Source: Candidatus Iainarchaeum sp. (lineage in GTDB: Archaea > Iainarchaeota > Iainarchaeia > Iainarchaeales > JAZDDZ01). From it: a stretch of DNA of 28,812 nt. Positions within the stretch are counted from its first letter, which is position 1. Each line of letters opens with the position of its first letter. The position numbers were made by a program, and so were the translations under genes. The notes under the pieces were generated by a model. The model was not told the DNA's origin and ran no database searches. It worked only from the letters and a program-made list of their open reading frames with translations. The stretch covers positions 1 to 28,812 of the forward strand of contig JAZDDZ010000050.1 in assembly GCA_043809245.1 (NCBI GenBank), given 5' to 3'. This document shows, one piece after another, positions 6,413-15,288 of this stretch.

Positions 6413-6973
6413 ATGGATTTAGAGCAGGGGCCCGCATTGGAGCCGCATTTCGGCTTGAACCTTGAACTGCAGGGCAAAGCATTATTTAAGAGAATAACTG
6501 ATTTTCTTCTGGAAGAGCAAAGAGAATTCATTGAAACAGGCGACCCATTCAAGCTTAAACCTATTCCGGTTGAAAAGCTTGTGCATGAATTTGGGATGAA
6601 AGTAAATGCAATTCATAAGCTTTTCAGGGTACACGGCTACAATAGGATCGTAACTGTAAACAGGAATGGCAAAGAAGTTAAAGTAGGCGTTCCCGCCGGG
6701 CTTCTTTTTGGAAAACCTCCATCAGGCTTAATTGATGCGCTTGTTTTGCGCTCAATGAAAGAATTCAAGGGCAGAGAAAAACCCGTGACATCAGAAGAAA
6801 TAGCAAAATTAATCAGGGAAAAAACAGGCAGAGAAATTGCGCGCAGGACAATTTCCGCTTCAATTGGCAGAATGCAAATAACTGAGGGAATAAGAAGGCA
6901 GCAAACGGGGGCGCCAAAGCCTGAAAAGCAGTCAAAGTCAAGCAGACCAATAAGGCGCAGGAGAACACATTGA
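6413..6973 (+). CDS. Protein resembling the isolated C-terminal DNA-binding region of sigma-54 (RpoN)
   Basis: EEQREFIETGDPFKLKPIPVEKL parallels RpoN EQQxFFxxGxxxxKPMxLxDIA; KPVTSEEIAKLIREKTGREIARRTI parallels KPLSDxxIxxxLxxxGxxVARRTV (RpoN box). Confidence 0.7.
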   Translation: MDLEQGPALEPHFGLNLELQGKALFKRITDFLLEEQREFIETGDPFKLKPIPVEKLVHEFGMKVNAIHKLFRVHGYNRIVTVNRNGKEVKVGVPAGLLFGKPPSGLIDALVLRSMKEFKGREKPVTSEEIAKLIREKTGREIARRTISASIGRMQITEGIRRQQTGAPKPEKQSKSSRPIRRRRTH

Positions 6974-7035
6974 TTTTGCATTGTTCTCACAAAAACCGTT
7001 CCTTTTAAAAGTTATTTATAATATAGGTTTTTCTT

Positions 7036-8958
7036 ATGCCTGAGGAAGCCCCTGAGCCGAATTTTCTGCTAAGGCAATTGCATCACCTGAAGATGCATAA
7101 AAAAGAGCTGTTTATTGTTTTCCTCATATTCGTTCTCGGTTTCGCCATCAGGGCGCACCTGATGAAATGGGGCTTGTTCTTTGAATTTGACTCGTATTTT
7201 CACGCGAGAATCGTGAGCTATATTCTTCAGAGCGGAACCTTGCCTGCATTTGACCCTGCGGCATACTATTATCTTGCGGTTCCATCAACCCTGCCGAACG
7301 TGCAGTTCTTCTGGTATTTCAGCGCAGCATTTTACAAAATTTTCACGTTAAACGCGCCATACGATAAAGGGCTATGGATTGTTTTCGTGAAAATCCTGCC
7401 GGCATTGTTCGGCGCGTTAACTGCAGCGGCAATGTATTTTTTAGGCAAAGAAACTTATGGAAAAAAAGCAGGAATCACTTTCGGGGTTTTGGGAGCGGTA
7501 ATTCCCGCGTTTGTTTACCGGACAATGGCCGGCTTCTTTGAAGACGACTCCTTGGGCTTTCTTTGGATGGTTATAGGATTCATTTTCCTTGCGCGCGCAA
7601 TGAAGGAACTGGAATTCAACAAGAAAAGCATTACAAACGCGGTTCTTGCAGCAGTGTTCTTTTTCATCATGGCTTTGACCTGGGATTTGTTCCTTTTGGT
7701 GCCTCTGGTTCTTGTCGGATACTTCATCATGACTCTTGCAGTGATGTGGTTCAGGAACACTGAAACCAAAAAAATAGTTAATTTTGTAAAAATTTTTGCA
7801 GTGGCATTCGTGATAATGGGAACTCTTGCAACACTCAATGATGGGGGAAGGTGGATTGAAAGGGACTTGACCTACGTTCAGCTTTATGTTCCCGTTACTC
7901 CAGACAACATTACAAGGGGACAGGAGAAAGGCGCAGGGGTTTTGGCGCAGACAGTCGGAGAGGAAAACGTCGGAATACAATTCTGGGGAAACAAGTACAA
8001 TGGCTTGGTGTTCCTTCCGTTCCTTGCCTTGCTGCTGATTCCTTACCGTGTGCTTAGGAAAAAAGACGACTATTTTTCATTCGTTTTCTTTGTATGGATT
8101 TGCATCACGGCTTACATGGCCTTCAACAAATTGAAGTTCACCTACACTTTCGGAATCCCGGTTGCGATTGCAGGGGGAATAATGGTTGCAGAGCTGTTCG
8201 AGTTTTTGGGCGGCAGGACACAGTTTGAGAAAAAAATCATCGGCGTTTTCATGGCGTTCATCCTTTTGCTGGGCATTGGCGCGGGAACATATTTTGTTTC
8301 ACAGAACGTGCCTAACATTGAGAACACGCCGGGATGGATTCCCGCGCTTGAATGGCTAAAGGATAACACGCCAGTTGACTCAAACGTGTTCAACTGGTGG
8401 GATGAAGGCCACTGGATCAGCTTCATGGGCGAAAGGAATGTTGCAACTGACAACAGGAACATTGCGGGAGACGAAATTGTTTCCGCATTCATTGTATCCG
8501 AGGACCCTGAGGCGGCTTACAGGATAGTGAAGGACACTGGCTCCAATTACATCATGTTCGGCCAGGATTTGCTCTACAAACAGGCATCGCTTGCAATGTT
8601 CGCTTTCGGAACCGTTGATTTCTCGGACCCAAGGCTTGCAAGGCTTAACGGCCCGAGCGCTGCTTTTTTCTGCGGCTATGATGCAACAGCAAAGAGTTAC
8701 TCGTGTGGAGGAAACACTTTAGGCGAAGCGGACATGGCTTCGCTTCCAAGCACCTGGCAGGCGCAGCCAAACCAATTGCTGAATGAAACAACCCCTGTGT
8801 TCATTTACCGCACACCGGACAATTCCACGCTGATAATAGAGAACGCTGTTGGAAACAACACAATGATTGTAAGGCTCTGGATGCATGACCCCTCATTGGA
8901 CAAATACTACGAGGAAGTTTACTCTAATCCAGGCGTGAAGATCTGGAAAGTAAAGTAA
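7036..8958 (+). CDS. aglB: Oligosaccharyltransferase (STT3/AglB)
   Basis: EFDSYFH, multiple TM helices, GFFEDD, TVGEE, and WWDEGHW (WWDxG motif). Confidence 0.95.
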   Translation: MPEEAPEPNFLLRQLHHLKMHKKELFIVFLIFVLGFAIRAHLMKWGLFFEFDSYFHARIVSYILQSGTLPAFDPAAYYYLAVPSTLPNVQFFWYFSAAFYKIFTLNAPYDKGLWIVFVKILPALFGALTAAAMYFLGKETYGKKAGITFGVLGAVIPAFVYRTMAGFFEDDSLGFLWMVIGFIFLARAMKELEFNKKSITNAVLAAVFFFIMALTWDLFLLVPLVLVGYFIMTLAVMWFRNTETKKIVNFVKIFAVAFVIMGTLATLNDGGRWIERDLTYVQLYVPVTPDNITRGQEKGAGVLAQTVGEENVGIQFWGNKYNGLVFLPFLALLLIPYRVLRKKDDYFSFVFFVWICITAYMAFNKLKFTYTFGIPVAIAGGIMVAELFEFLGGRTQFEKKIIGVFMAFILLLGIGAGTYFVSQNVPNIENTPGWIPALEWLKDNTPVDSNVFNWWDEGHWISFMGERNVATDNRNIAGDEIVSAFIVSEDPEAAYRIVKDTGSNYIMFGQDLLYKQASLAMFAFGTVDFSDPRLARLNGPSAAFFCGYDATAKSYSCGGNTLGEADMASLPSTWQAQPNQLLNETTPVFIYRTPDNSTLIIENAVGNNTMIVRLWMHDPSLDKYYEEVYSNPGVKIWKVK

Positions 8959-8988
8959 TTATGCGGGCATTTTTTTTAAGGTGAAAAA

Positions 8989-9990
8989 TTGCAGAACCTC
9001 GCGGCAACACTCGCAATCTCATTCGTTGTGTCGCTTGTTTCCACTTTTCTCGTGATGCCTTTCCTGATAAAAAAATTGAAAGCAAGGGGCTTGGTCGGAA
9101 AGGACATGAACAAGGCAGGCGAGCCAGAGGTAACTGAGTTGGGCGGAACAGGCGTTATCTTTGGCTTCAGCTTTGGATTGGTTGCCGCAATTTTTTCATT
9201 CACTTACCTAGACCTTGTTGAACTGAATTTAACGGTTTTGCTTGCCGCTTTTCTAACGATTCTTTTAGTTGGATTCATTGGAGTAGTTGACGACCTCATT
9301 GGCTGGAAGAAAGGCCTGCGCCAATACCAGCACGCGTTAATGCCATTGGTTGCAGCGCTTCCCTTGATGGCTGTTAGGGCGGGAACAACTGAGATGGCGA
9401 TTCCATTGCTTGGCACTGTGGGCTTTGGAATCTTTTACTCGTTAATTCTTATTCCCGTTGGGGTTACTGGCGCTTCAAACGCGTTCAATATGCTTGCTGG
9501 GCTCAATGGTTTTGAGGCAGGGCAGGGAATAATAATTTTGAGCGCAATGAGTTTCATTGCGTTCTTCGCGGGGCAGGTTGAGGCAACAATAATCGGCGTG
9601 GCGCTTGTCGCGGCACTGCTTGCATTCATTTTTTTCAACTGGTTTCCCGCAAAGGTTTTCGGCGGCGATTCCCTTACACTAATGATTGGCGCAAGCATTG
9701 CCACAATTTCAATAATAGGCAACATGGAGAAAATCGGCGTGATGATGCTCGCGCTATACTTTGTGGAGCTAATCATTAAGGCGCGCACTAAATTCCAGTC
9801 CGAATGCTTCGGCGAAATACAGAAAGACGGAAAACTGGAGCCGCCAAAGCAAAAAGGAAGCCTAACGCATTACGTAATGGCGTGGAAGAGGCTGACTGAA
9901 AAACAGGTTGTGCTTACAATATTTGCATTGCAGGCAATCGTTGCAGTGCTTGTCGTATTCTACTCTTTTTTCCTCACGCATCTTTTCTAA
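8989..9990 (+). CDS. aglH: UDP-GlcNAc:dolichyl-phosphate GlcNAc-1-phosphate transferase (AglH/ALG7, MraY-like family)
   Basis: GKDMNK, ELGG, GVVDDL, NAFNMLAGLNGFEAG, FNWFPAKVFGGDS; polytopic membrane protein; TTG start after AGGTGA. Confidence 0.88.
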   Translation: MQNLAATLAISFVVSLVSTFLVMPFLIKKLKARGLVGKDMNKAGEPEVTELGGTGVIFGFSFGLVAAIFSFTYLDLVELNLTVLLAAFLTILLVGFIGVVDDLIGWKKGLRQYQHALMPLVAALPLMAVRAGTTEMAIPLLGTVGFGIFYSLILIPVGVTGASNAFNMLAGLNGFEAGQGIIILSAMSFIAFFAGQVEATIIGVALVAALLAFIFFNWFPAKVFGGDSLTLMIGASIATISIIGNMEKIGVMMLALYFVELIIKARTKFQSECFGEIQKDGKLEPPKQKGSLTHYVMAWKRLTEKQVVLTIFALQAIVAVLVVFYSFFLTHLF

Positions 9991-10061
9991 CGCATTTAAA
10001 CTGGTATTACCTGATTATTAAATGATATTGCTTTAAAAACAGTTCACGCGCCAATATTTCT

Positions 10062-10322
10062 ATGTTCGTAAGGTGGAGCCTGCATTCAAAGCACATGTTT
10101 GCCGAAAGGGCAGTAAAGCTTGGGATTAACTACGGTGATGTCGAGCTTGAAATAAAAAAACAGCGCGTGAAAGTCAGGGAAGAGAAAAATAAGTTCAGGA
10201 CAATCTTTCAGGCGGGCGGCTCAGTCCTTACTGCAATAAAAATCGAGACAAATGAATTCATTCATGTTTTGACTTTGTGGGAAGCAAACGAAAAGGAGGT
10301 TGAATTATGGAGAAAGAAATAG
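10062..10322 (+). CDS. Putative RelE/BrnT-like (DUF4258-type) toxin
   Basis: 86 aa, SKHMFAERA...I pattern and C-terminal IHVLTLW strand; overlaps the downstream Zn-finger gene; TATA-like TTTAAAA ~24 nt upstream. Confidence 0.55.
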   Translation: MFVRWSLHSKHMFAERAVKLGINYGDVELEIKKQRVKVREEKNKFRTIFQAGGSVLTAIKIETNEFIHVLTLWEANEKEVELWRKK

Positions 10323-10636
10323 AGTGCCATTTGTGCGGCGGCAAAGCACAGCTGAGAATGGAGGAATTATCACTTGACGATGGAAGGATAACAGTCAGGG
10401 ATTCCCCTTACTATGCGTGCATAAAATGCAAAGAAGAATTTGCCACAAGTGAACAGATGCAGGATTTGTCCGAACAGATTAACACTAAATTTGTTTTCCA
10501 GAGGCCGATAATAAACGCGGGCAGAAGCCTTGCGATTACCCTGCCGGCAGACATAGTGCAATTTTACGGCCTTAAAAAGGGAAAAAAAATAAAGATAATG
10601 CCTGAAAACAAGCACACGCTTAAGGTGAAGGTCTGA
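10307..10636 (+). CDS. Putative antitoxin: YgiT/MqsA-type zinc finger fused to AbrB/SpoVT DNA-binding domain
   Basis: CHLCGG...CIKCKEEF; C-terminal IINAGRSLAITLPADIVQFYGLKKGKKI; GGAGG RBS. Confidence 0.75.
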   Translation: MEKEIECHLCGGKAQLRMEELSLDDGRITVRDSPYYACIKCKEEFATSEQMQDLSEQINTKFVFQRPIINAGRSLAITLPADIVQFYGLKKGKKIKIMPENKHTLKVKV

Positions 10637-10705
10637 ACTATTCGTTTCTTGCACCAATTCAGCACTGTTTTAAAACACCTTTTCCCTGAAATAAGTTGAT
10701 TGCAG

Positions 10706-11674
10706 ATGAAATTATGCCTTGCTTGTTCTGCCGGGGGGCACCTCGCGGAAATGCTCCAGCTCGAGGAATTTTACTCGAAGCGCGAACATTTTTTTCTCAC
10801 ATTCAGGAGGCCCGATTCGGAGGATTTGGCGAAAAGGGAAAAAGTTTTCTTTGTTGAAAGGCCGGCAAGGAACCCCCTTGCATTCATCCTGAATTTTTTC
10901 CAGTCACTGAATGTCTTGCTAAAGGAAAAGCCGGATTTGGTTCTTGCGACTGGCGCTGATGTAACTGCCAGCATCTGCCTGCTTGCGAAAATTCTCCGGA
11001 AAAAAATGGTTTTCATTGAATCCTTTTGCAGGCCGTTCAGGCCATCTTGGAGTGGCAGAATTGTGCACCCATTCGCTGATTTGTTCATCGTGCAGTGGCC
11101 TGAAGTGCATAAAGCTTACAAAAAAGCTGTTTTTGGCGGGCCGATTTTTTTAAGCGGCGGAAAAAAAGCCGCCGCATCAGGCAAGGGAAGCGGGGTTTTC
11201 GTTTCCGTGGGAACGCACCCGCAGCAATTCAACAGGCTGCTGGAGAAAGTTGGCGAGCTGGTTGGGCGGGGAAAAATTAAGGAAAAGGTTTTCGCGCAAA
11301 GCGGTTACACAAAATTCAAGGCAAAAAATTTTGAATCGGTTGATTTCATTGCGCCAAAGGAATTTGAGGAGAAGGTTAAAGGATGCAAGTTGTTCATAAC
11401 GCATGGGGGGGAGGGAAACATTGGCCTCGGTTTGCAGCTTGGAAAAAAAATGGTTGTTGTGCCGCGCCTGAAAAAGTTCGGCGAGCATTCAAACGACCAC
11501 CAATTGGAGTTAACGAAAGCGGTTGAGGGTGCTGGGCAGGCGCTCGCGGTTTACGGCATTAATGAATTGGAAGGCGCAATAGGCAAGGCAAAAAATTTCA
11601 CGCCAAAAAAGCTTGAGGGTGGAAAAATAATCGAAATTCTGGAGAGGTTTGTTTCAAATGGAAAAACTGCCTAA
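10706..11674 (+). CDS. Alg14-Alg13 (PssD/PssE-like) fusion, UDP-sugar transferase
   Basis: N-half CSAGGHL...ATGA...FIESF...VQWP (Alg14); C-half VFVSVGTHPQQFNRL...ITHGG...VVPRLKKFGEHSNDHQ (Alg13); joined by a Gly/Ala/Lys linker. TTG 10700 is an alternative start. Confidence 0.9.
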   Translation: MKLCLACSAGGHLAEMLQLEEFYSKREHFFLTFRRPDSEDLAKREKVFFVERPARNPLAFILNFFQSLNVLLKEKPDLVLATGADVTASICLLAKILRKKMVFIESFCRPFRPSWSGRIVHPFADLFIVQWPEVHKAYKKAVFGGPIFLSGGKKAAASGKGSGVFVSVGTHPQQFNRLLEKVGELVGRGKIKEKVFAQSGYTKFKAKNFESVDFIAPKEFEEKVKGCKLFITHGGEGNIGLGLQLGKKMVVVPRLKKFGEHSNDHQLELTKAVEGAGQALAVYGINELEGAIGKAKNFTPKKLEGGKIIEILERFVSNGKTA

Positions 11675-12542
11675 GGCAAGCATTGTCATAGCCGCTTACA
11701 ATAATGCGAAAACGCTTGAAAGGGTTCTGGACGCGATGCTTGAATTGATTTACCCGAATGATTTTGAGGTCATTGTCGCAAACGACGGCAGCACTGACGG
11801 AACGGAAAAAATGCTCGCCAAAGAATTTGGAAAACAGGAGAAAATCAAAATCATCAATTTGCAGCATGGAGGCGTCTGCAAGGCGAGAAACGCGGGAATA
11901 AAGGCAGCGAAGTTTCCAATTGTAGTTAACATGGACCATGACTGCATTCCCGCAAAAAACTGGCTGAAGGAAATGGTTCATGGTTTTTCGCATGAAAAAA
12001 CCGGGGTTGTTAGCGCATACGATTATTTTGGGGGAACTTCAACCGCCTTCCGCAAAGAATTGCTGGAGAAAGTCGGGGGATACGATGAGGCGTACAGGTA
12101 TTACCGCGAGGACACGGATTTGAGCTTCAAGATAATGGATTTGGGTTACGAATTCAAGTTGGTGAAAGCCGATTATGTTCATGACCATGAAATGGTTAAG
12201 CCAAAGGGATTTGGCGGAATGCTTGCGCATTTGCTGCAGAGGCTTTCCTATCACCAAAACGATGTATTGCTTTACAAAAAGCACCCCACAAAAATTTGCG
12301 AAGAGTTTTTGCACATAAAATTCGGCTTTCTAGCGAACCCATTGGATGACTTCAAGGCAGCCACGGGCCTTTGGCAGAAGGGTGCAAAGCTTTCCCTGAG
12401 CTCGCCTAGGGGAATAAAGGTGATTGAGAACAAAACCCCGTTGCATACAGCCGCGATTTTTCTGGCGGGAATAGCTTATGTTTTCGCGGTGAAGGCAAGC
12501 AGGCTTTACGGCAGCATCAGGTTTGGGAAATTGTTATTGTAG
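11658..12542 (+). CDS. Glycosyltransferase family 2
   Basis: SIVIAAYN, NDGSTD, ARNAG, DHD, EDTDL. Confidence 0.9.
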   Translation: MEKLPKASIVIAAYNNAKTLERVLDAMLELIYPNDFEVIVANDGSTDGTEKMLAKEFGKQEKIKIINLQHGGVCKARNAGIKAAKFPIVVNMDHDCIPAKNWLKEMVHGFSHEKTGVVSAYDYFGGTSTAFRKELLEKVGGYDEAYRYYREDTDLSFKIMDLGYEFKLVKADYVHDHEMVKPKGFGGMLAHLLQRLSYHQNDVLLYKKHPTKICEEFLHIKFGFLANPLDDFKAATGLWQKGAKLSLSSPRGIKVIENKTPLHTAAIFLAGIAYVFAVKASRLYGSIRFGKLLL

Positions 12543-12566
12543 AAGTATTTGCGGGTTAAAATAGGG

Positions 12567-13187
12567 TCAAATAATGTCAAGATCAAAGGCTATTATTTTT
12601 CCGCGTTTTGGGTCGTAAAAGCAGTTGTAGGCAGTTAAATCATATACCCCTGTTCCAATAAGCTGCTTATTTGCGTTTAGTATTGTATTGCGCAAGCTTT
12701 TATTTAATTCAGGGTCCTTAATTTCAGAAACAGTTTTAAAGTTATAATATCCGGCCACCAGAAAGCTTCTTCCCCTGTTTTCTACTGCAAGCTGGTATTG
12801 TATTGGTTGAATGCCATTGTCGGCAAGTATTCGTTGTGCAGCCCTCATAGCAGCCATTTGCCTGGTTCCTGCCTGTTCGCCATCACACCTTTTCTTTGGG
12901 ATGTTACGCTCCTTCACAAACAAGGCGCTCCTGCCTCTTGCAACAAGAAAACAACGGGAAAATAGGTTTGAGATTTTTAATCTCTTCACAGTTAAACCCC
13001 CTATTTTAATCTTTGCCCCTAGATGTTTTCCCTCCAGGGCTTTTCTTCCCTCTAAAAAATCTGAAATTATTCCTTTGTTCCGCCTTAGAAAATTCCTAGC
13101 TCTGCATGTATAGGCTATTGCTCCGTGCCTGAATTCTTTTAATGTAAACGGCTTAAGCGGTTTAACAGTAGGCCGCATTTTGCTCAC
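12567..13187 (-). CDS. Minimal protein-kinase-like fold protein (hypothetical)
   Basis: LFVKE (beta3 Lys), YDLTAYNCFY (catalytic loop DxxxxN) and IIAFDL (DFG-equivalent); very basic N-terminus; GGGG RBS before GTG. Confidence 0.55.
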   Translation of the reverse strand: MSKMRPTVKPLKPFTLKEFRHGAIAYTCRARNFLRRNKGIISDFLEGRKALEGKHLGAKIKIGGLTVKRLKISNLFSRCFLVARGRSALFVKERNIPKKRCDGEQAGTRQMAAMRAAQRILADNGIQPIQYQLAVENRGRSFLVAGYYNFKTVSEIKDPELNKSLRNTILNANKQLIGTGVYDLTAYNCFYDPKRGKIIAFDLDII

Positions 13188-13252
13188 AGTTAATTCCCCT
13201 TCGTTTTTTGTACCAGAAAGAATGTATTTTTTAAGGCTTCATTTTCTAATTA

Positions 13253-13350
13253 TATCAAAGGACAAAAAATACAGATACAATTGTCCTTTGATAGTTATCA
13301 AAAGACATTATTTGATAAAATATTTTTAATGTCTTTTGATATTATATAAA
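13253..13350. promoter_or_regulatory. Array of four TATCAAARGACA boxes (two perfect inverted-repeat pairs) directly upstream of a TATA box
   Basis: 13253-13265/13281-13293 (13 bp perfect) and 13296-13310/13327-13341 (15 bp perfect); TTATATAAA at 13342-13350. Confidence 0.75.
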
Positions 13351-13393
13351 TAAGGGTTATCTTGTTTTTTAAGGTGTGTTGGGCGGTCTTTGA

Positions 13394-14371
13394 ATGCAGT
13401 CAGTACTTGTAACTGGGGGAGCGGGTTTCATTGGAAGCAATTTCGTGAGGTTCCTGCTGAAAAAATACTCAAAGGTAAAAGTGGTTAACTTGGACAAGCT
13501 TACTTATGCTGGAAATTTGGATAATTTGAAGGGATTGGAGGAAAACAAGAACTACAAGTTCATTAAAGGCGACATCTGCGATGCAAAGACCGTGGAAAAG
13601 GCAATGAAGGGCTGTGATGTTGTAGTGAATTTTGCAGCGGAATCACACGTGGACCGCTCAATTGAGGACCCTGCATCGTTTCTCAGGACTGATGTTTTCG
13701 GAACATATGTTTTATTGGAGGAAGCGCGGAAGCAAAAAGTGGAGCGGTTTGTGCAGATTTCAACCGATGAAGTTTACGGAAGCGTGGAGCAGGGAAGCTC
13801 AAAGGAAACCGATGCATTGATGCCCCGTAATCCATACTCGGCTTCAAAGGCAGCGGCTGACAGGCTTGCTTACAGTTTTTATGCAACTTATGAATTGCCC
13901 GTAGTAATAACTCGTTCCTCGAATAATTATGGGCCATATCAATACCCTGAAAAAATCATTCCGCTTTTCATCACAAATCTTTTGCGCGGAAAAAAGGTGC
14001 CGTTGTATGGAGACGGAAAGAATTCAAGGGACTGGCTTTACGTGGAAGACAACTGTGAAGCGATTGATTTGGTTTTAAGCAAGGGAAAAAACGGCGAAGC
14101 CTACAACATTGGCGCGGGAAACGAGGTTGAGAACGTAAAGCTCACGGAAATGATTCTGGAGGCGCTTGGAAAGGGAAAGGAATCAATTGAGTTTGTAAAG
14201 GACCGCTTGGGGCATGACAGGCGTTATTCGCTTGACTGCGGAAAAATTGAGGGGCTTGGATGGAAGCCGAAAGCGGAGTTCAAGAAAAAGCTGGTTGAGA
14301 CAGTGGAATGGTATAAGCAGAACAAGTGGTGGTGGAACAGTCCAGTTGAAAAAAAGGGGGCAAAAAAGTGA
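13394..14371 (+). CDS. rfbB: dTDP-glucose 4,6-dehydratase
   Basis: VTGGAGFIGSNF, DKLTYAGN, AAESHVDRSI, STDEVYG, YSASK, GHDRRY. Confidence 0.96.
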   Translation: MQSVLVTGGAGFIGSNFVRFLLKKYSKVKVVNLDKLTYAGNLDNLKGLEENKNYKFIKGDICDAKTVEKAMKGCDVVVNFAAESHVDRSIEDPASFLRTDVFGTYVLLEEARKQKVERFVQISTDEVYGSVEQGSSKETDALMPRNPYSASKAAADRLAYSFYATYELPVVITRSSNNYGPYQYPEKIIPLFITNLLRGKKVPLYGDGKNSRDWLYVEDNCEAIDLVLSKGKNGEAYNIGAGNEVENVKLTEMILEALGKGKESIEFVKDRLGHDRRYSLDCGKIEGLGWKPKAEFKKKLVETVEWYKQNKWWWNSPVEKKGAKK

Positions 14372-14439
14372 AGTCCGATTTCGCAGGGGAAATCTACTGT
14401 CTAGAAAGTAGCTTTAATTCACCCAAAACAGAATACTTT

Positions 14440-15288
14440 ATGTCCGAAACATATTCAATCGATAAAGAGTTTATTGAAAAGCAGTATTTTGAGAATAATA
14501 AGTCGCAAGAAGAAATTGCCAAAATGCTGGGAATTTCTCAATGGGTTATAAGCAATAGAATGAGAAAGTATGGTTTTAAAACTAAAAAAAGAACATGGAG
14601 ATTGCACAAAAAAATTTACTCATTAGATGAATCTTTTTTTGACAACCTGAACAATGAAAATGCATGGATTCTTGGCTGGATGGCGACTGATGGATATGTT
14701 CGCCGGATTGGTAATTCATTTAGTTTTGGGCTTAAATTAGCTAAAAAGGATGAAGAAATTATTTATAAGATAAAAGAGCCGTTAAAATTTAACGGAAAAA
14801 TTTATCAAGTTATAGAAAGATTAAGGAAAACATCAAAAGATTACAGGCAAGTTAACCTGAAAATTACTAGCGAAAAAATTGTTAAAAGGTTAAATGAATT
14901 TGGGATAATTGAGACCAAGACAAAAAAATTAGAATTTCCTGCATTAATTAGCCAAACAGAAGATGAATTCATCATCAAATCGTTTAGTTTAGGCGCGTTT
15001 GAAGGGGATGGGAGCATATTATTTGATGAAACGTATAAATCCCCTTGTTTTCAGATAGTTGGAACAAAAGAATTTTTATCAGGAATCCAAAAACAAATTA
15101 TGAAATATCTTGGCTTGCCAAAAACAAAACTTACAAAAAATATAAAAAATAGCAATCATTACGCGTTAAGGTACCGTGGAAGATTTCAAGCAATCAAGAT
15201 TTTTGATTGGTTGTACTCTAATCCAATGCATTTTCTGAAAAGAAAACACGAAAGATATTTAGAAATAAAAAGGAGGCTATCTTATTGA
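14440..15288 (+). CDS. Free-standing double-motif LAGLIDADG endonuclease with N-terminal HTH (frame open from GTG 14368)
   Basis: Motifs WILGWMATDGYV and SLGAFEGDGSI; HTH KSQEEIAKMLGISQWVISNRMRKYG; AT-rich relative to flanks; TATA-like CTTTAATT ~14412-14419 before ATG 14440. Confidence 0.85.
   Translation: MSETYSIDKEFIEKQYFENNKSQEEIAKMLGISQWVISNRMRKYGFKTKKRTWRLHKKIYSLDESFFDNLNNENAWILGWMATDGYVRRIGNSFSFGLKLAKKDEEIIYKIKEPLKFNGKIYQVIERLRKTSKDYRQVNLKITSEKIVKRLNEFGIIETKTKKLEFPALISQTEDEFIIKSFSLGAFEGDGSILFDETYKSPCFQIVGTKEFLSGIQKQIMKYLGLPKTKLTKNIKNSNHYALRYRGRFQAIKIFDWLYSNPMHFLKRKHERYLEIKRRLSY

Noticed and set aside
6211-6465. 84-aa ORF in the ORF track
   Set aside because: It overlaps the 5S rRNA and its T-rich terminator; spurious translation.
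14368-15288. LAGLIDADG gene as an intein or a group I/BHB intron
   Set aside because: rfbB and rfbA are both intact and in different frames from it; no Cys/Ser start or His-Asn end; too little non-coding flank for a ribozyme core.
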